Source: Eledone cirrhosa (taxonomy: Eukaryota). From it: a stretch of 64,000 bases of DNA. Made by a program: the position numbers and the translations under genes. Location of the stretch: positions 94,984,001 to 95,048,000 of the forward strand of contig OZ024740.1 of the NCBI GenBank assembly GCA_964016885.1, read 5' to 3'. This document shows, piece after piece, positions 17,108-30,804 of this stretch (position 1 is its first letter; every line of letters begins with the position of its first letter). The notes under the pieces are model-generated. The model saw nothing but the letters and a program-made list of their open reading frames with translations. It had not been told where the DNA came from and made no database searches.

Positions 17108-17190
17108 ACTTTCCTGATGACGGAATAATTTTCTATATGATTCTTCGGCAAATATATTTACTCCATTCCAGAAACTAATTAGTTGGAAGT
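17108..17190 (+). ncRNA. Type I hammerhead ribozyme
   Basis: actttc-CTGATGA-cggaat...attcca-GAAA-CTAATTAG-TT-ggaagt, with palindromic stem III AACTAATTAGTT. Confidence 0.75.
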
Positions 17191-17633
17191 GATTTTTTTA
17201 GTAAGTAAGTTAATTTTATAATGTTCTTATTTTACGTCTCTCATATTATTGTTCTGCAACCCCATGCATTGAACCACATTGTTAATAAGACAAATCCTAT
17301 ATATTTGCTAGCATTAATATGCATCTGTGTGTATATAAATGTTACTAGATATAAATTCCTTATAATTATCTCCAATTCATTTGTCGAGCAATATTTGGCC
17401 ATGACTGCTACTATGGTAGTAAGCTGGCCGCTGTCTTAATAACCACTCGCTTTCCACTGATTGACCTCGATGTCACGTGATTGATTATTTTTGAATTTGC
17501 CACAGACGAGGAGACAGTGATTTTCTCATTGGCTTGGAATCCAGTCCACGCTTTGCTATTTCCATTCCACTGAATTATTTTTTTAATAAGTTTCCAGTGT
17601 CCTCGCTATGCCTGGAGACCTATACGGAAAAAG

Positions 17634-17716
17634 ACTTTCCTGATGGCGGCATGATTTTCCCTATGTTTCTTCGGAAAATATATTTATTCCATTCCAGAAA
17701 CTAATTAGTTGGAAGT
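17634..17716 (+). ncRNA. Hammerhead, second copy with core mutation (CTGATGG)
   Basis: Paralog of 17108-17190 with A9>G and a weakened stem II. Confidence 0.6.
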
Positions 17717-17884
17717 GATTTTTTAGTAAGTAAGTTAATTTTATAATTTTCTTATTTTACGTCTCTCATATTACTGTTCTGCAACCCCATCCATTGAACC
17801 ACATTGTTAATAAGACAAAACCTATATATTTGCTAGCATTGATATGCATCTGTATGTATATAAATGTTACTAGATATAAATGCC

Positions 17885-17930
<46 letters not shown>

Positions 17931-19417
17931 GCCCGAATATATTCATCACCAATAAATTATTTATTTGATTTCCTTATGGTTTATTCTCCAAAGGACGTTA
18001 TTTTTAATATATTTGTAAAGAAGTCATTAGAATTAATTATATATTACATATAATAGGCATCCATTTATCAACCATGTGTGTGTGTGTGCCATCCGGTTTT
18101 TCGTTAATGATATGGAAGGTTAGACGTGTAAGAAATATATAACGGTATTTTACTCAGTATTTCGTTTGACAGGCGTTTTCAGTATTCGTGTTCTGACATC
18201 CTTATACGATATATACTATGTTACTATATAACTGAAGTTACAACCGAATGTAACGTGAGTAAACAGTGTAATACTGGTTAATGCTATAAAACTCTATGGA
18301 AGCTCGTATTAACAACAATTATCTTAAGGTTTCGAGAATGTATTTCTGTTGTGTGTTATCAATGGAGGTCGATGAGTGCGGTAGATAGGGCTGAAATTTG
18401 GGAAGGAACAAAGGGTAAGGTTACAACATTCAACATTGTATTAACCTTTCATGTTCCCCTCTTCTCTTTCTCTTCTCCCAATATTTATTTTCCCGCTTCT
18501 TTCCTTTAATGTTGGTGCTCATGATTGTGTTCTTGCTGTTGCGTGCGAGGGGTGTAGTTTACTACATTTAAAGTGTTGGGATGTGTTATAGACGTGTAGA
18601 AATGCAGTCACATTGCCTGGTTGTGTTAAGGTTTTGGTGTTTGTGAATTCTGTTGACTTCAGTTATGTTGGAGGAGGTGATGATTTGAATGGAGTTAGTT
18701 GCACTGAATGAGAGTTTGACCGTATTGTACTTAAAATTCTGTGGTGTTAATTTGTTATCAGTACTTTAAATGAGGTAACTACGATATGTGTGGTGAATTC
18801 GGTGTAATCATGTACTCTTTTACCTGTTCCAGCCATCCGGCTTAGGCCAAGCTGGGATGCTACCCTTGTTGCTATATATTTTATAACCACCCTGTGTTGA
18901 CTGGGCATTAGTGTAGATGGGAGTTCCTTGCTGCTGCCCTTAGGTTAGCACAGTTCCATGGTATGGGTGGATAGCAGAGTACCAGCTTATTGAAGTGTTG
19001 ACGACTTTGAACCCCAGACTATTGCATTATCTGCTACTTACTTTAGATGTGTGGGGTATTAAACCAGGTAATATAACAGGTGCGGCCGTTTTTGGTGGGT
19101 CCTCGTCGTGTGTGTGTGTGTGGAGGAGTAGTAACTAAAGGAATATACTGGACTGCAATGGAATCATATATGGTGATAGTAATGAAAAAGCCAAACAAAT
19201 GAGAATTTAACTTTTATCTCTAGTACATGATATGTGTCAATGTTGTTGATGGATTAGCAAAATTGCTAGAACACCTGACAAAATGCTTTGCAGCATTTAG
19301 TGTTCCTTGAATAATAGAATGGACTCTATAGATGATGAACACAATCACAAGTATATGGTCCGAACGTGGAAGAGCCGAACTCCCACTGTCATCTCTCTCT
19401 CATTACCAGCTGATTAT

Positions 19418-19507
19418 GTTACCCGGAGATTTACACATCTGTATTGTTGAGGCTTCCAAAACGAGTATTTTTATTATTCCACAATACTTCAAGCAAATTT
19501 CAAAACA

Positions 19508-19512
<5 letters not shown>
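19418..19512 (+). repeat. Dispersed repeat ending at (TA)n (copy 2 of 3)
   Basis: Matches 63675-63778. Confidence 0.75.
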
Positions 19513-19559
<47 letters not shown>

Positions 19560-19564
<5 letters not shown>

Positions 19565-20839
19565 AAAAGGAAAAGAAAATGCTGCCAAATTGTTCCCAGT
19601 GAAAAATAGTTTAATTAGGAATAAGTATTAGTTAGTATTCAGTTTTATTTTTAAGTTTTATACCGGTTGCGCATTTCTTATGCTTTTCAAATATAATTTT
19701 GAGATAGAGTGCTCGTGAATTTTTCTCTAATCTGATCAGTTTTGGAAATTCTTCCTGTTTTATGTGAAACAAGTGGCTTGGGAGGTATTAAGATTTGGTT
19801 GGTTGTTGTATGATACGTTAATAAGCACTATACATTTCGCGCCAGTTCGTGTTGCAAAAATTCTTGTAGTCAAAACAATATTGATTCGTCAGTAGAAGTC
19901 ACGTGAATGTTTAAATAGATTTTAGCGTCAGCTGGTTTCGCGCTAAATGTAGGTTTGTCGAAGAGTGTCCTTTTCCGCTTGATTGAGTTGCAGTCACGTT
20001 GAGAGGTCAATAGTTCAGGTGTCTATAAAGACAAATATCTGTGTGTGAGTGTGTACATGTGTGTAGCAAAGTGGTTAATTGATGTGATAATGGAAATGAA
20101 TCGGTCAGTAGGAACGTGTGTACGTGTGTGTGTGTGTGGGTAGCAAAGCGGTTCATTGTTTTGATAATGGAAATGAATCGGTCAGTAGGAATGTGTGTGT
20201 GCGTGTGTGTGGGGGAGGGGGTTATTTTAACATGTTGAAACAAATGTTCAGCTCTTGTCTTATACAGAGATGTGTGTGAATGTATGTCTGTATGTTAGTG
20301 TTCGCGTGTACATGCGTGTGTGTGTATATTTGTGTGTGTGTGTGGATGGCCCAGTATTTTTGCGGTACTGGTAAAATGGAGTACATTATTAGATATCTTC
20401 AGTCATTTGCAAAAACGATTTTCTCAAAAGAACATCAATAACATCAATAATATAAAGAGGTGAAATTATGTATAGTATTTTCATAACATCATAGCGTGAG
20501 TATAGATTGTACTTATTGCAAGGGGAATCCATTAGGCCATGCCGTATGGGATACTTGTGTACAAATATGTATGCACCCATCATGTGTGCGTTAATATCTC
20601 CCAAGTCACTGTTTTCACATAAAACAGGAAGAAATTCCAAAACTGATCAGTTTAGAGCAAAACTCACGAGCACTCTATCTTAAAATTATTTTTGAAAAGC
20701 ATAAGAAATGCGCAACCGGTAAAAACGTAAAACTAAAATTGAATACTTACTATTGCTTATTACTAATTTATATTTATTCCAAATTAAACTATTTTTCACT
20801 GGAAAAAATTCGTCAGCATTTTCTTTTCGTTTTCACTAA
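19560..20839. mobile_element. Element with ~230-250 bp inverted terminal arms (19560-19790 / 20591-20839), PLE inversion or MITE-like
   Basis: For example, aaaagaaaatgctg...gcgcatttcttatgcttttcaaa...ctgatcagttttggaa is mirrored at 20635-20830. Confidence 0.75.
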
Positions 20840-20925
20840 TATATCACAACACCTGTGTCACACCTCTATATTTATTTAAATATATATATATGTAAATATG
20901 TTTTGAAAAAGTGAACAGGTTTCAA

Positions 20926-21140
20926 ATTAGAAAATAGAATAGCTTTCACTGTATTTTTTTACCAAAGAAATTTTAGTTTGATAATAGGGTTTAGAACCTT
21001 CAGATAAATGGAAAAGATGAGTATTGACGTACATGTACATCAATATTCATCTTTTTCCATTTATCTGAGATTTCTAAACCTCATTATCAGACTAAAATTT
21101 CTTAGTAAAAAAAAATTTGCGAACTATTCTATTTTCTAAT
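20926..21140. repeat. Palindromic foldback (~105-bp arms, almost no spacer)
   Basis: attagaaaatagaatag...cagataaatggaaaagatga is mirrored around ~21033. Confidence 0.85.
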
Positions 21141-21442
21141 ATATATATATATATATAGATATATATATATGATAAGAAGATGGTGCCTGATTCGTCTCTG
21201 AGTTAAAAAACAAAAGCATAAACACATTTAAGCTTTTCCGGTTTTTTTCTCACTCTTTTTCTATGCTTGTTTACTTAAAGTGTATCGTATTTGCGTTCGT
21301 ATAAATCTACTACGCAATCCACATGTGAAAATGTCACCAGGTTCATAAGAAACCTGGCCGCTAAAATGTGTTTACAGGATAAAATAATTGAGGACATTCA
21401 AAATCTTTGTCCTCCTGTGATTTCACTTTATAATATATATAT

Positions 21443-21895
21443 ACTAGATCTGAAAAATGCGCAAGCGTAAAAGAGCCACAGAATGTTATAATAAACCTTC
21501 AAAAGTGTGGGAGTAGAGTTGTTGCTCAAAAATATTGTAATCATTATCTATCGCACACTCTGTGGCATCCTTTTATAAAAAAGAGACTCATAACGAACTC
21601 AAGACGACACGATAAATAATTATTTAAGATAATGTTCAATATCTCATATTAGATGTTTAGTAATGCTTAATACCAAATGCACTTAAACCGAATTCTATAT
21701 TATTAATTCACTTAAATATTTATCGTGTCGTCTTGAATTCGTTATGATGCTCTTTTTTTTTTATAAAATGATGCCACAGAGTGTACGATAGCTAATAATT
21801 ACAAAGTTTTGGGGCAACAACTCTAGTCCCACATTTTGAAGGTTTATCATAACAAGCTATGGCTCTTTTGAGCTTGCGCATTTTTCAGGTCTAGT
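21443..21895. mobile_element. Foldback/MITE-like element with ~185-bp arms and ACTAG...CTAGT ends
   Basis: 21443-21628 is inverted to 21711-21895. Confidence 0.8.
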
Positions 21896-22710
21896 TTAAT
21901 ATTTTTTTAAGGCAACGCTTGTAATAACTCTAATTAAGTATGATATATATTAATAGTAAATTATCGTTGTAATGTAATTAGATTTTATAATTGTTATTTT
22001 ATAAATGACCTTATAAATTTTATTGTAAGATGTATAAACATATTTTCAGACATTTAATATAAACTACTACAAAAACAATCAATATTAAATAATTATATTT
22101 TACATAATAATTGTTATAGTTGAATTAATAAAGATTAATATTACATACAAACAGTCTAACATAATAATAGAAAAAATAATCTAACATAATTATAATAAAA
22201 TAATCTAACAGAAAACGAACAATAATATGGACATATATACAAGTAAATATGATACAACCAATATTCTAAGCATTTTATAACGGACTCAAAAGAAATAGTT
22301 AATATAAATTTAGAAAATCATATATAACTTAACAATATAACTTACCCACACGAGAAAAATATTTTGATGATAAAACGACAAAATACAGGAGAGAGATTCG
22401 AAAGCGAAACGATAAATAAACAAGCAGACACAACGCTTTTGAGCAACAACTACTATCGTTGGTTGAGTAGCCAATAAGACGATGAAGTGAGCCAATAAAA
22501 CGATACATTACAAAACAAGTTTGGAAGGAATCACCACGGCCGCGATACCCCTGGAATCTTTTATTCACAAGCTACGCATATATTGTCAGAGAAAATGCAA
22601 ATTGAACACATTATGTTGTTAGTCACTGCGTGTCTAACAGATATATATATACATATATATATATAGTGACGAAACATAAGTCAATTGCATGAACTCATAA
22701 TCCTTTATTT

Positions 22711-22766
22711 ACTGCTATATATATTTCGATGATATCCATTGACTGGCTATGACCTCATCAGGCAGT
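22711..22766 (-). ncRNA. Minimal type I hammerhead followed by AATAAA (PLE pLTR-like)
   Basis: Minus strand reads actgc-CTGATGA-ggtcatagcca gtcaa tggatatcatc-GAAA-TATATA-TA-gcagt-aaataaa. Confidence 0.75.
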
Positions 22767-22834
22767 TAGTCAGCTGTTAGATATGCCAGCTCTGTGTTTA
22801 TATTGTTGATGGGATCAGAGCCTTGGGACATATC

Positions 22835-22911
<77 letters not shown>

Positions 22912-23402
22912 TTGATGATAGCACTGTCACAGTAAGTCTTCCCTCTTTGTTTCCACATTTGGTGATTATGTTTCCGAAAGGATCAGCATATAGTGCTCAC
23001 GTGATTCTTGATTTGTATGTGCAGCGGTTGAATGGAACTGCCACTGTGAAAATGCAGTTGGCCCACTTGGGATCCTCCCTACACAGATGCCTCATTAAGA
23101 TAGTATATAACGCAGATAATACGTGCGCACTCAGCAAGTGCCCAATACGCCACTAATATTGTTGTATGCGCACCTATGTCGTTTAAAAGATCAAATGTGA
23201 CAAGTGCTAACATTTTTACATCGGCAGCACGACTAACGCTGAAACATATCGTAATGTGGGTGTATCGTTTTAAACGAATCTAATATATATATAATATCAT
23301 AGCTTTATTGTTATTCACTCACGAATACACACACACACACACGCAGGCACGCACTCAGACGCACACATACACACACAAATACACCCACACACACAAACAC
23401 AC

Positions 23403-23442
<40 letters not shown>

Positions 23443-23775
23443 GTGTTTGTGTGTCCATGCGTATTCTGTGTAAAGTTCTATAAGTGTGCGTTCATTGGTT
23501 TGTATTAATGTATTGTATATACTTATAACTGTCAAAAATTTCATTGAACAGAAACATTTTAAGTACGCTTGTTTTTTTTTAACAGGAAATTGTCTGATGA
23601 CAAATTCAAATATTTGAAGAAACATTTTGCTGATATGTGTCTGTTTTAAAAGAAGTCCTTGAAAATTAATTCATCTCTTTCAAGTATAACACATTATTAA
23701 CCACCTGTCCATTGATATAGTACTTGATTCGGTGGATCTTGCCTCTACTACACTTCTATCGAAATTTGTATACAT

Positions 23776-23826
<51 letters not shown>

Positions 23827-25427
23827 GCATATAATAAATGATATATTTCCTCCACGAGTATGAAGATTTCCCTCATTAATTTCTCTAAAACGGATATTAA
23901 AAACAGAAAGTATTAATGAACATAGTGCTAGACTCAATCTATTTTAATCACAACATTTTATCATTAATTTCACCGGAACCTCTTCATATTCATCATGACC
24001 GGTTGTCAGCAATATATGATTGCAGCAATTTTCCTCTATTCATTTCAAATGTTGATATCGAATTGTTTAAATAAAAATTGACCTAAATGGGATTCTAACT
24101 CAAGGACAGAGATTCGAACGAAATATCCCTAGATTTCCTGTACGCTATTATAATGACACTGAGAAGTTTGCGAAACACGAATTAACATGTATTATCTATC
24201 CTCGTTTGAATCCGCCGTGACATCATGAAATAATGCGGATTTACATATTCCTTGTGAAACATAAGTTCGATTAATGAAATTTTCAGATATATTTAATTCG
24301 ATCTTAATTAATTGTTCGTGTTTCACATTCTTTCGAATTGTTTGATAGATAAGTTAGAAAACTACTTAATAAATTATACATTCCTAATATTTAATTCGCA
24401 TCTCCCAATATTTACATGAGCCACTACTGCAATTTAGTCGATGCAAGAACATATGTCTTCCAGAATAACATCCCTGTTCCGGTTCTCCGGTTGACTGTCG
24501 GATTGTACCAGTGTATGTGGAGTGTTAAATACACGCATTAGTAATTGTAAGTAGATCGTTTATTTCGGAAATGTAATATTAGCAATGATTGATTAACTAT
24601 GAACTTAAATTAACATATTTTTTGTCGTCAGATGGTATATCATTTTAAAGGTGAATTTATAGGGAAAGAGATGTCAACACTGGTGGAATGTCATTCGTAG
24701 ATGGGTATGGTATATATGGCGATGGTTGTAGATTGAAGTCGATAATCCTCAACTCAACAGATGTGGCTAGGATTATTAGATGTTTTAGACAGTATTTTTG
24801 AAGGATGTCCGGGAACTGTACTGCATTTTCTGTGAGCCATGAGTGTGGTTAGTGGGTCGATTTAAGCGCGAGGATTACCCTAGTATGTGGATATAATTGA
24901 GTTCATGCGATGCGTTTATTTTGAAATTAAAGAAATTTGCGGACAGTGCTACACAGGCAAAAACACTCACACAGACTCACTCTCACACACACAAACGCAC
25001 ACAATGGATCGTATTAAAATGAAAAGAGAAACTAGATATTACACCGGAATGTGTCACCGTATAAACACGGGATGTGTTTTGTTTTTATTGAAAGTGCAGT
25101 TACTGGTACAAGGTAGAAATATATTAAGGAATTCTGATGTGTAGTAAAATAACTAGCGATGTTAATACATACATGGAGTTTAAAATTGCAAGCTGGTATT
25201 AAGGTGTACTATGTCAATCAAAGATATACTGTAATATATTTTCAATATAATTGTATGTTAGCTGGTTTTAACAGATTTTACTTATTGATGCATATATTTA
25301 TTATTTTCATAAACATTATATTTTCATATTTTCGAAATATATTATATATTTTATTAAACGTATTTTAGTATATCAAGTTATAGATCACCAAGAGAAAATA
25401 TGCAGTCTCTTCTTCTTCTTCTTCTTC

Positions 25428-25441
25428 TTCTTCTTCTTCTT

Positions 25442-25529
<88 letters not shown>
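25428..25529. repeat. (CTT)n followed by (TTA)n microsatellite, left end of the retrotransposon array
   Basis: Direct inspection. Confidence 0.95.
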
Positions 25530-25530
<1 letters not shown>

Positions 25531-28270
25531 AGTTGCATTTATCTTGCTTTATGTTCATACGAGTTATCACCAAGTCACAACCAGTGACCTCACGAGACAA
25601 CAAGGTCCGCCATGTTCAAGGCAGAACATACATACTCACACATGCATCTTTAGTGTTTAGACTTGTGATGTACTTATATTGACAGAATCTTCCTTAGTAT
25701 ATGGGCAGTTCCCATTAGTACTATCTTTTGTATTTCTCCTATACGCGGGTTTCCTGGGATCTGCGATAAGTAATCATTAGACCCCTTAGGTGTCATTCCC
25801 AGAGCGCCTACAACCACTGGTATTGTTTTAGTTCTCAATTTCCACATTTTTCCAATTTCTATCTCCAGGTCCTTATAATTGCTCAATTGTTCAAATGTTT
25901 TTATAGATACATTCTTGTCTATTGGAACAGACATATCAATTAGCAGGCATACCCTCTTTTTAAAGTCCTTCAATATTATATCAGGTCTATTTGCATCTAT
26001 TTTTCGGTCTGTTTGTATGCTAAAGTTCCACAAGAATGAGATGTGATCTTTTTCAAGTATGGGAAGTGGTTGATGCTCCCACCAATTCTTTTGATGGGGC
26101 AGGTCAAAATGCTTACACATTATCCAATGTTATTATTGTGCAGCTCTGTCATGCATGTTTAGGTATTCGGCTGGAGCTATAGGACTGCACATTGAAATTA
26201 TATGGTCAATGGTCTCTGGTTGTTTTTTACATACACGGCATAATGGGCTGCATCCATTTTTTATTATGTAGGCTTGGTAATTTTTTGTTGGCAGACACTG
26301 ATCTTTTGCTGATATAATCAGTCCTTCAGTCTCCGATTTCAGTCCAGAGGATGCCAACCACTGATGGGTTAAAGTTTTGTCAACATCAGGATTGTTAGCT
26401 CGCTCTGGGTATTTTCCATACAGAGGCTTTTCTTGACATTTCTTAGCCAGTTTCTGTAGCAGTTCTTTCTTTGCAGTTACTTTTACCTGCTTTGCTTTTT
26501 CTGTGTTTTCCATTTCAGCAGTAAATGGGACTTCTGAAATTTGTAGTCCATTATTGTATCTTTGTGCATCTTTTGTAATGGAATATGATCTTTTGATGCT
26601 TTCGTGTTTCAAAACGAGTTTGATCATCCAATCATGTGATTCCCTTAGATATGTAGATAATCCAATTGTTGCAGTTTTCAACGCAATGTCTAACTGAATT
26701 AACCCACGTCCTCCTTCTTTCCTAGGGAGATATATTCTATCTATATCTGCCTTAGGGTGATGCATTCTGTGCATGGTTAAGAATTTTCGAATTTTTGTAT
26801 CGAGCCTATGGATCTCTGTGCTTGACCAGTTGATGACATTGTAACTGTAGGTTAATACTGGTATGGCAAGCGTGTTTATGCGGTAACATTCCTTCCTTAT
26901 CCTTTCCCTCATTGTCGAGTGCTTGATTCTGTCTCCTTCACAAACACCTAGATACTTGTAAGTTTTTTCTTGATCAAGTTCTCTTATCACGTTCCCCCGA
27001 TCAAGATTAATGTCTGAACTCTTCAGCAGCTTTCCTCTGGTGAACGTTGCTTTGGCGCATTTATCTAGTCCAAACTCCATTTTAATGTCATCACTGAACT
27101 GCTCCACAGTGGATAATAGCCCTTGCAATTATTCATCATTGTTTGCAAATAGTTTCAGGTCATCCATGTAGAACAGGTGATTAATGGTTTTGTCATAGAC
27201 TTTATATCCATGTTTTGTTTCATTGAGCATTTTACTTAATGGTATAAGTGCGATGCAGAATAAAAGCGGTGATAAAGAGTCACCCTGAAAAATTCTACAA
27301 TTAATATTAACTTCTCCAGCTTCCAGTGATTTTGTTTCACTATTTAAAAGGAGTGTCGTTTTCCATGTCTTCATACTGAATGACAAAAACCTCCTGACAA
27401 CGGGGGATATTTTGAAAATCTTTAAACTTTTTTCAATCCAAATGTGAGGCAAACTATCGAATGCTTTTTTATAATCTATCGAAGCAATCGATAGATTTTT
27501 GTGTCTATTATGACAATCTTCCAGTATCATTTTGTTAACCAAAAGCTGATCCTTGCAACCATATGAGCCTCGTTTACACCCTTTCTGCTCAATGGGAAAT
27601 AGGTTATTTGTTATCAGGTGGTCATATGTATATTCAGTTAGGACTGATGTTAACATTTTATACATTGTGGTCAAGCAAGTTATCGGTCTGTAATTTTTGG
27701 GATTGTTTGTCTCATCATTCTTCGGAAGCAGGAATGTAATGCCGTTAACTAGCCATGATGTTATCTTTTCTGGCTCCTTAACTATTTCATTGTAAAGTTG
27801 GGCTAACAGCTCATGAGACTCTGTGAAAGCATTTATCCAAAAGTTTTGTATTTTGTCTTTTCCTGGGGATTTCCATTTGCTGGTTTTTCTTAGAGCCAAG
27901 CGCAACTGTTCAACTGTTATATTTTCCCATATTTGTTCCTCAAGGTGAGCTGTATATTTCATTTGTCTGTCTATCCATGGGGTATGTATATTATGAACTT
28001 TTTCTTCGGCCCAGATCTTTTCCCACAATTATTGCACTTCCTACTTGGGTGGTATTGATTTAGCAGTTATTTTTTACTAAGCAATTTTTCTGTAGAAGTT
28101 TCTTTGGTTCTTTTTGAACATTTTATTGTCCCTTAGAATCTAAATCGTTTTACAAAGCGCCTTATACGAGCAGCTTTGGCCGACACTTTTTGCTCGATTA
28201 TTTCTATCAGCATGTCTATGTCACTTGTTGATTTTAATCTGTACTTTCTTTGCAATTTTCTAAGTTTCGT
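25530..28270 (-). mobile_element. R4/Dong-like non-LTR retrotransposon family A, 5'-truncated
   Basis: RT motifs, CCHC knuckle and restriction-like endonuclease. The 3' end abuts (TAA)n. Confidence 0.9.
25674..28200 (-). pseudogene. RT + CCHC + RLE ORF with stops
   Basis: YRPITCL, IDYKKAFDS, IFQGDSLSP, FYMDDLK, GGRGL, CRVC...ETIDHIISMC, NRPDI..D...LID..P.D...K...Y, PVVVGALG. Confidence 0.9.
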
Positions 28271-28276
28271 TATAAT

Positions 28277-28304
28277 TTTTATTATTATATTATTATTATT
28301 ATTT

Positions 28305-28360
<56 letters not shown>

Positions 28361-28363
28361 ATT
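28277..28363. repeat. (TTA)n spacer
   Basis: Direct inspection. Confidence 0.95.
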
Positions 28364-28573
28364 GGCGACCTACGTAGTAAATCGTATCATCGTGAGCTCC
28401 GCAAAGGTTTGTTATTTCCGTTTTTTAAAAATTGCCATTTATGGAAAATTTTTATTGTTAACTATATATAAGCGCACATACATTGTTTTCCGAAAAGGAC
28501 ACCCAAAAAGATTGGGGCCTTGTGCCCAAAATTTAAACTTTTATGATTATCAAAAAAATTCTTTGAAAAAAAA

Positions 28574-30770
28574 ATGGCTAATTCACCTCTGCACCAAGTA
28601 GCTGAAAGCCTTCCTCACAAATGAACACCTCACAACGACACCACCATTGTAAATGTTACTACGTTTGCCAACACTAAAAAAAAAATGTAAGCAGTAGCAA
28701 TATTTTAAATTTGTCTCAGGCAGACATTCATTTCCCGCCATTACCAATGACTGCATGTGTTAAAGCCGCCACCGCCACCACCGCCACCACCGCGACAACC
28801 ACCACCCCCACCACCAACGCGATCACAGAAACAAAAGGAAAAAATAAATCAACTCGTGATGGCGAAATAATTTCTACCAAAATGGACTCTTCCATTCCAC
28901 ACCGAAAACCACTGATGTCACCACCACCACAACTGAAACTAAAATTAATAATAACAAAAACAACGATAGCAACAACAACAAAAATGACATAAAAAAAACC
29001 ACCCTCAATGTTGCCAGAGTAGCAAAACATTTCGAAGCATTTACGGTAACTCAGGAGGATTTAGAAAATGCCAACAAATGGTAAAGAAAGATGTGTACAG
29101 GGTCAGCCTCACCCCCCCCCCTCACACACACACACACACCTAATAAAATGGAGCATCGGCGCCTATGCACCGTGTCGTATCGAACAATAAATGTAAAATC
29201 GCGCCGAGTGGTACGGGCATCCGAGTTCCAAATCCAAAAAGCTTTGGGACATGTGTGGGCAACAAAAACCCACATCAGACGTGGGCAAAAGTATGGAACC
29301 GTGGACGTGTTCTTTGAAACACCAGAGGAGGCTAGAGAACAATCCATGGTCCCATTAAGAAGTGACGACTTCACACTCGTCCCAAGCTATTGTGGCCAGA
29401 GACTCGTAAAGATCAGGGTGACCCACGTTCCACCGGCCATCGAAATTCCGTGGCTAATAGCTGCCGTCCTCACCGGCATCGAAGCCAACACAAAGATAAT
29501 AGCAATAGCAAAAGAAAGGCAGGAGAACTGGTCCGGATCTGGGATAGAACTCCTGATCCAAGCAGACCAAAAAAGCATTGAGCAGATCCCAGAGGTAATA
29601 GACCTCACTGACGGCAGCCACCTCACCGTAATTGTCGAGGGCAGAAGAACTAGGTGTGTCGTTTGTGGTGAAGGAACCCACCCAAAGGCTTTCTGCCCTC
29701 AGACTAAAAGGTTGAGGCCACCTCTCCTACCCACCCCAGTGACACAACCATCAACACCAACAGTGGGCAGATATGGCAGCAACAACTGTAGCAGAAACAA
29801 CAGAAGCAACAATAACAGCAACAACCCCAGCAACAGTAGTAAAACCAACACCACCACCACCCAACGCTTCAGAACTAGCACCAGCGCCTACACCATCCAC
29901 CACACCACAACAAAAACTAACGCCTGTGGAGGATTTTCCACTCCTCGGCCTATCACAACTGGAGACAGATTGTGACGACGAGGAGTGGGAAACGGTATCA
30001 GGAAAAGAAAAAGAAACCAAAAAAGAAAAAAATCCTCTTCCTTCCCCCTCCAAAAACAAAGTACAGAGGGAAACAAATAAATTAACAAACAAAAAAGTTA
30101 GGAGAGTAATGCCACCATCCACACCAGCATCACCAACCCCATCAACCCAAACACCAACACCATCACCATCATTAACCCCAACACCATCATCATCTACACC
30201 ACAAAAGTCACCAAAATGCGAAACAGAAACAAACCCACAACAAACGCAAACAAAACAAAACAACCAAAACGATACACACTACACAGCATTAAATGTGAAC
30301 AACAAAGGGCGGTGGATTGGCAGTATCGGTAGAGGGTCGGACGCCATGCTTTCCAGCATAGTTACGTCCCTTTACGATCTGAGTTCAAATCCCGCCGAGG
30401 TTAATTTTGCCTTTCATCCTTACGGGGTCGATAAAATAAAGTACCAGTAATGCACTGGGTAATTGCTGGCCTTGTGCCAAAAGTAGAAACAATTAAATTT
30501 GAACAAGCAATTATTACACTACATCCAACACAACACCAACATCACAGTAAAACACTACAGAACAACCCAAAAATTCACACCACCTCCACACATACAAATC
30601 ACTCGCATCACACAGAACACGTACATGACACTAAAAAAAAATTCCCCGAAGACATCGGAGACTTCCGACAAGCACTCTCCAGGAGGATTTATAAGGACAT
30701 CCTTCCTGAGGAGGCCACAAGCAGTGAAAAGGATAGAAAACCCGTCCTTCCTCTACGAGAAGTAAGGTAA
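28574..30770 (+). pseudogene. ORF1 (gag-like, CCHC knuckle), frameshifted and interrupted by a SINE
   Basis: Homologous to ORF1 at 39963. CVVCGEGTHPKAFC knuckle, ends EVR*. Confidence 0.8.
30307..30495 (+). mobile_element. Full-length tRNA-derived SINE inserted in Tx1 ORF1, with ~15-bp target site duplication
   Basis: A-box-like tggcagtatcggt and B-box gagttcaaatcc. The duplication attaaat(g/t)tgaacaa lies at ~30288 and ~30492, and the empty site is seen at 50578-50610. Confidence 0.9.
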
Positions 30771-30804
30771 GGGGTCTTCCCCATCTTTTCCACTCCTTTT
30801 CAAC

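Larger units (their letters stand above)
16808..17891 (+). repeat. Tandem repeat of a ~517-526 bp unit (2 full copies plus the start of a third), each full unit with a hammerhead
   Basis: The unit start ctgt(g/a)tgtatataaatgttactagat occurs at 16808, 17325 and 17850. The array ends in (TA)n. Confidence 0.9.

Noticed and set aside
16808-17891. Repeat array as CRISPR or satellite
   Set aside because: Eukaryotic context, only two long units and no repeat-spacer structure
18300-19150. GC-richer segment, possibly old TE coding sequence
   Set aside because: No identifiable motif by eye, so it needs a translated HMM search
20389-20640. 83-aa ORF as a possible GIY-YIG remnant
   Set aside because: Motifs are too degraded to support a call
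21061-21100. Hammerhead-like CTGATAA-stem-GATAA on the minus strand
   Set aside because: Both core boxes deviate and stems I and III are absent
30307-30400. tRNA-like A and B boxes
   Set aside because: This is the head of a dispersed SINE and there is no full cloverleaf
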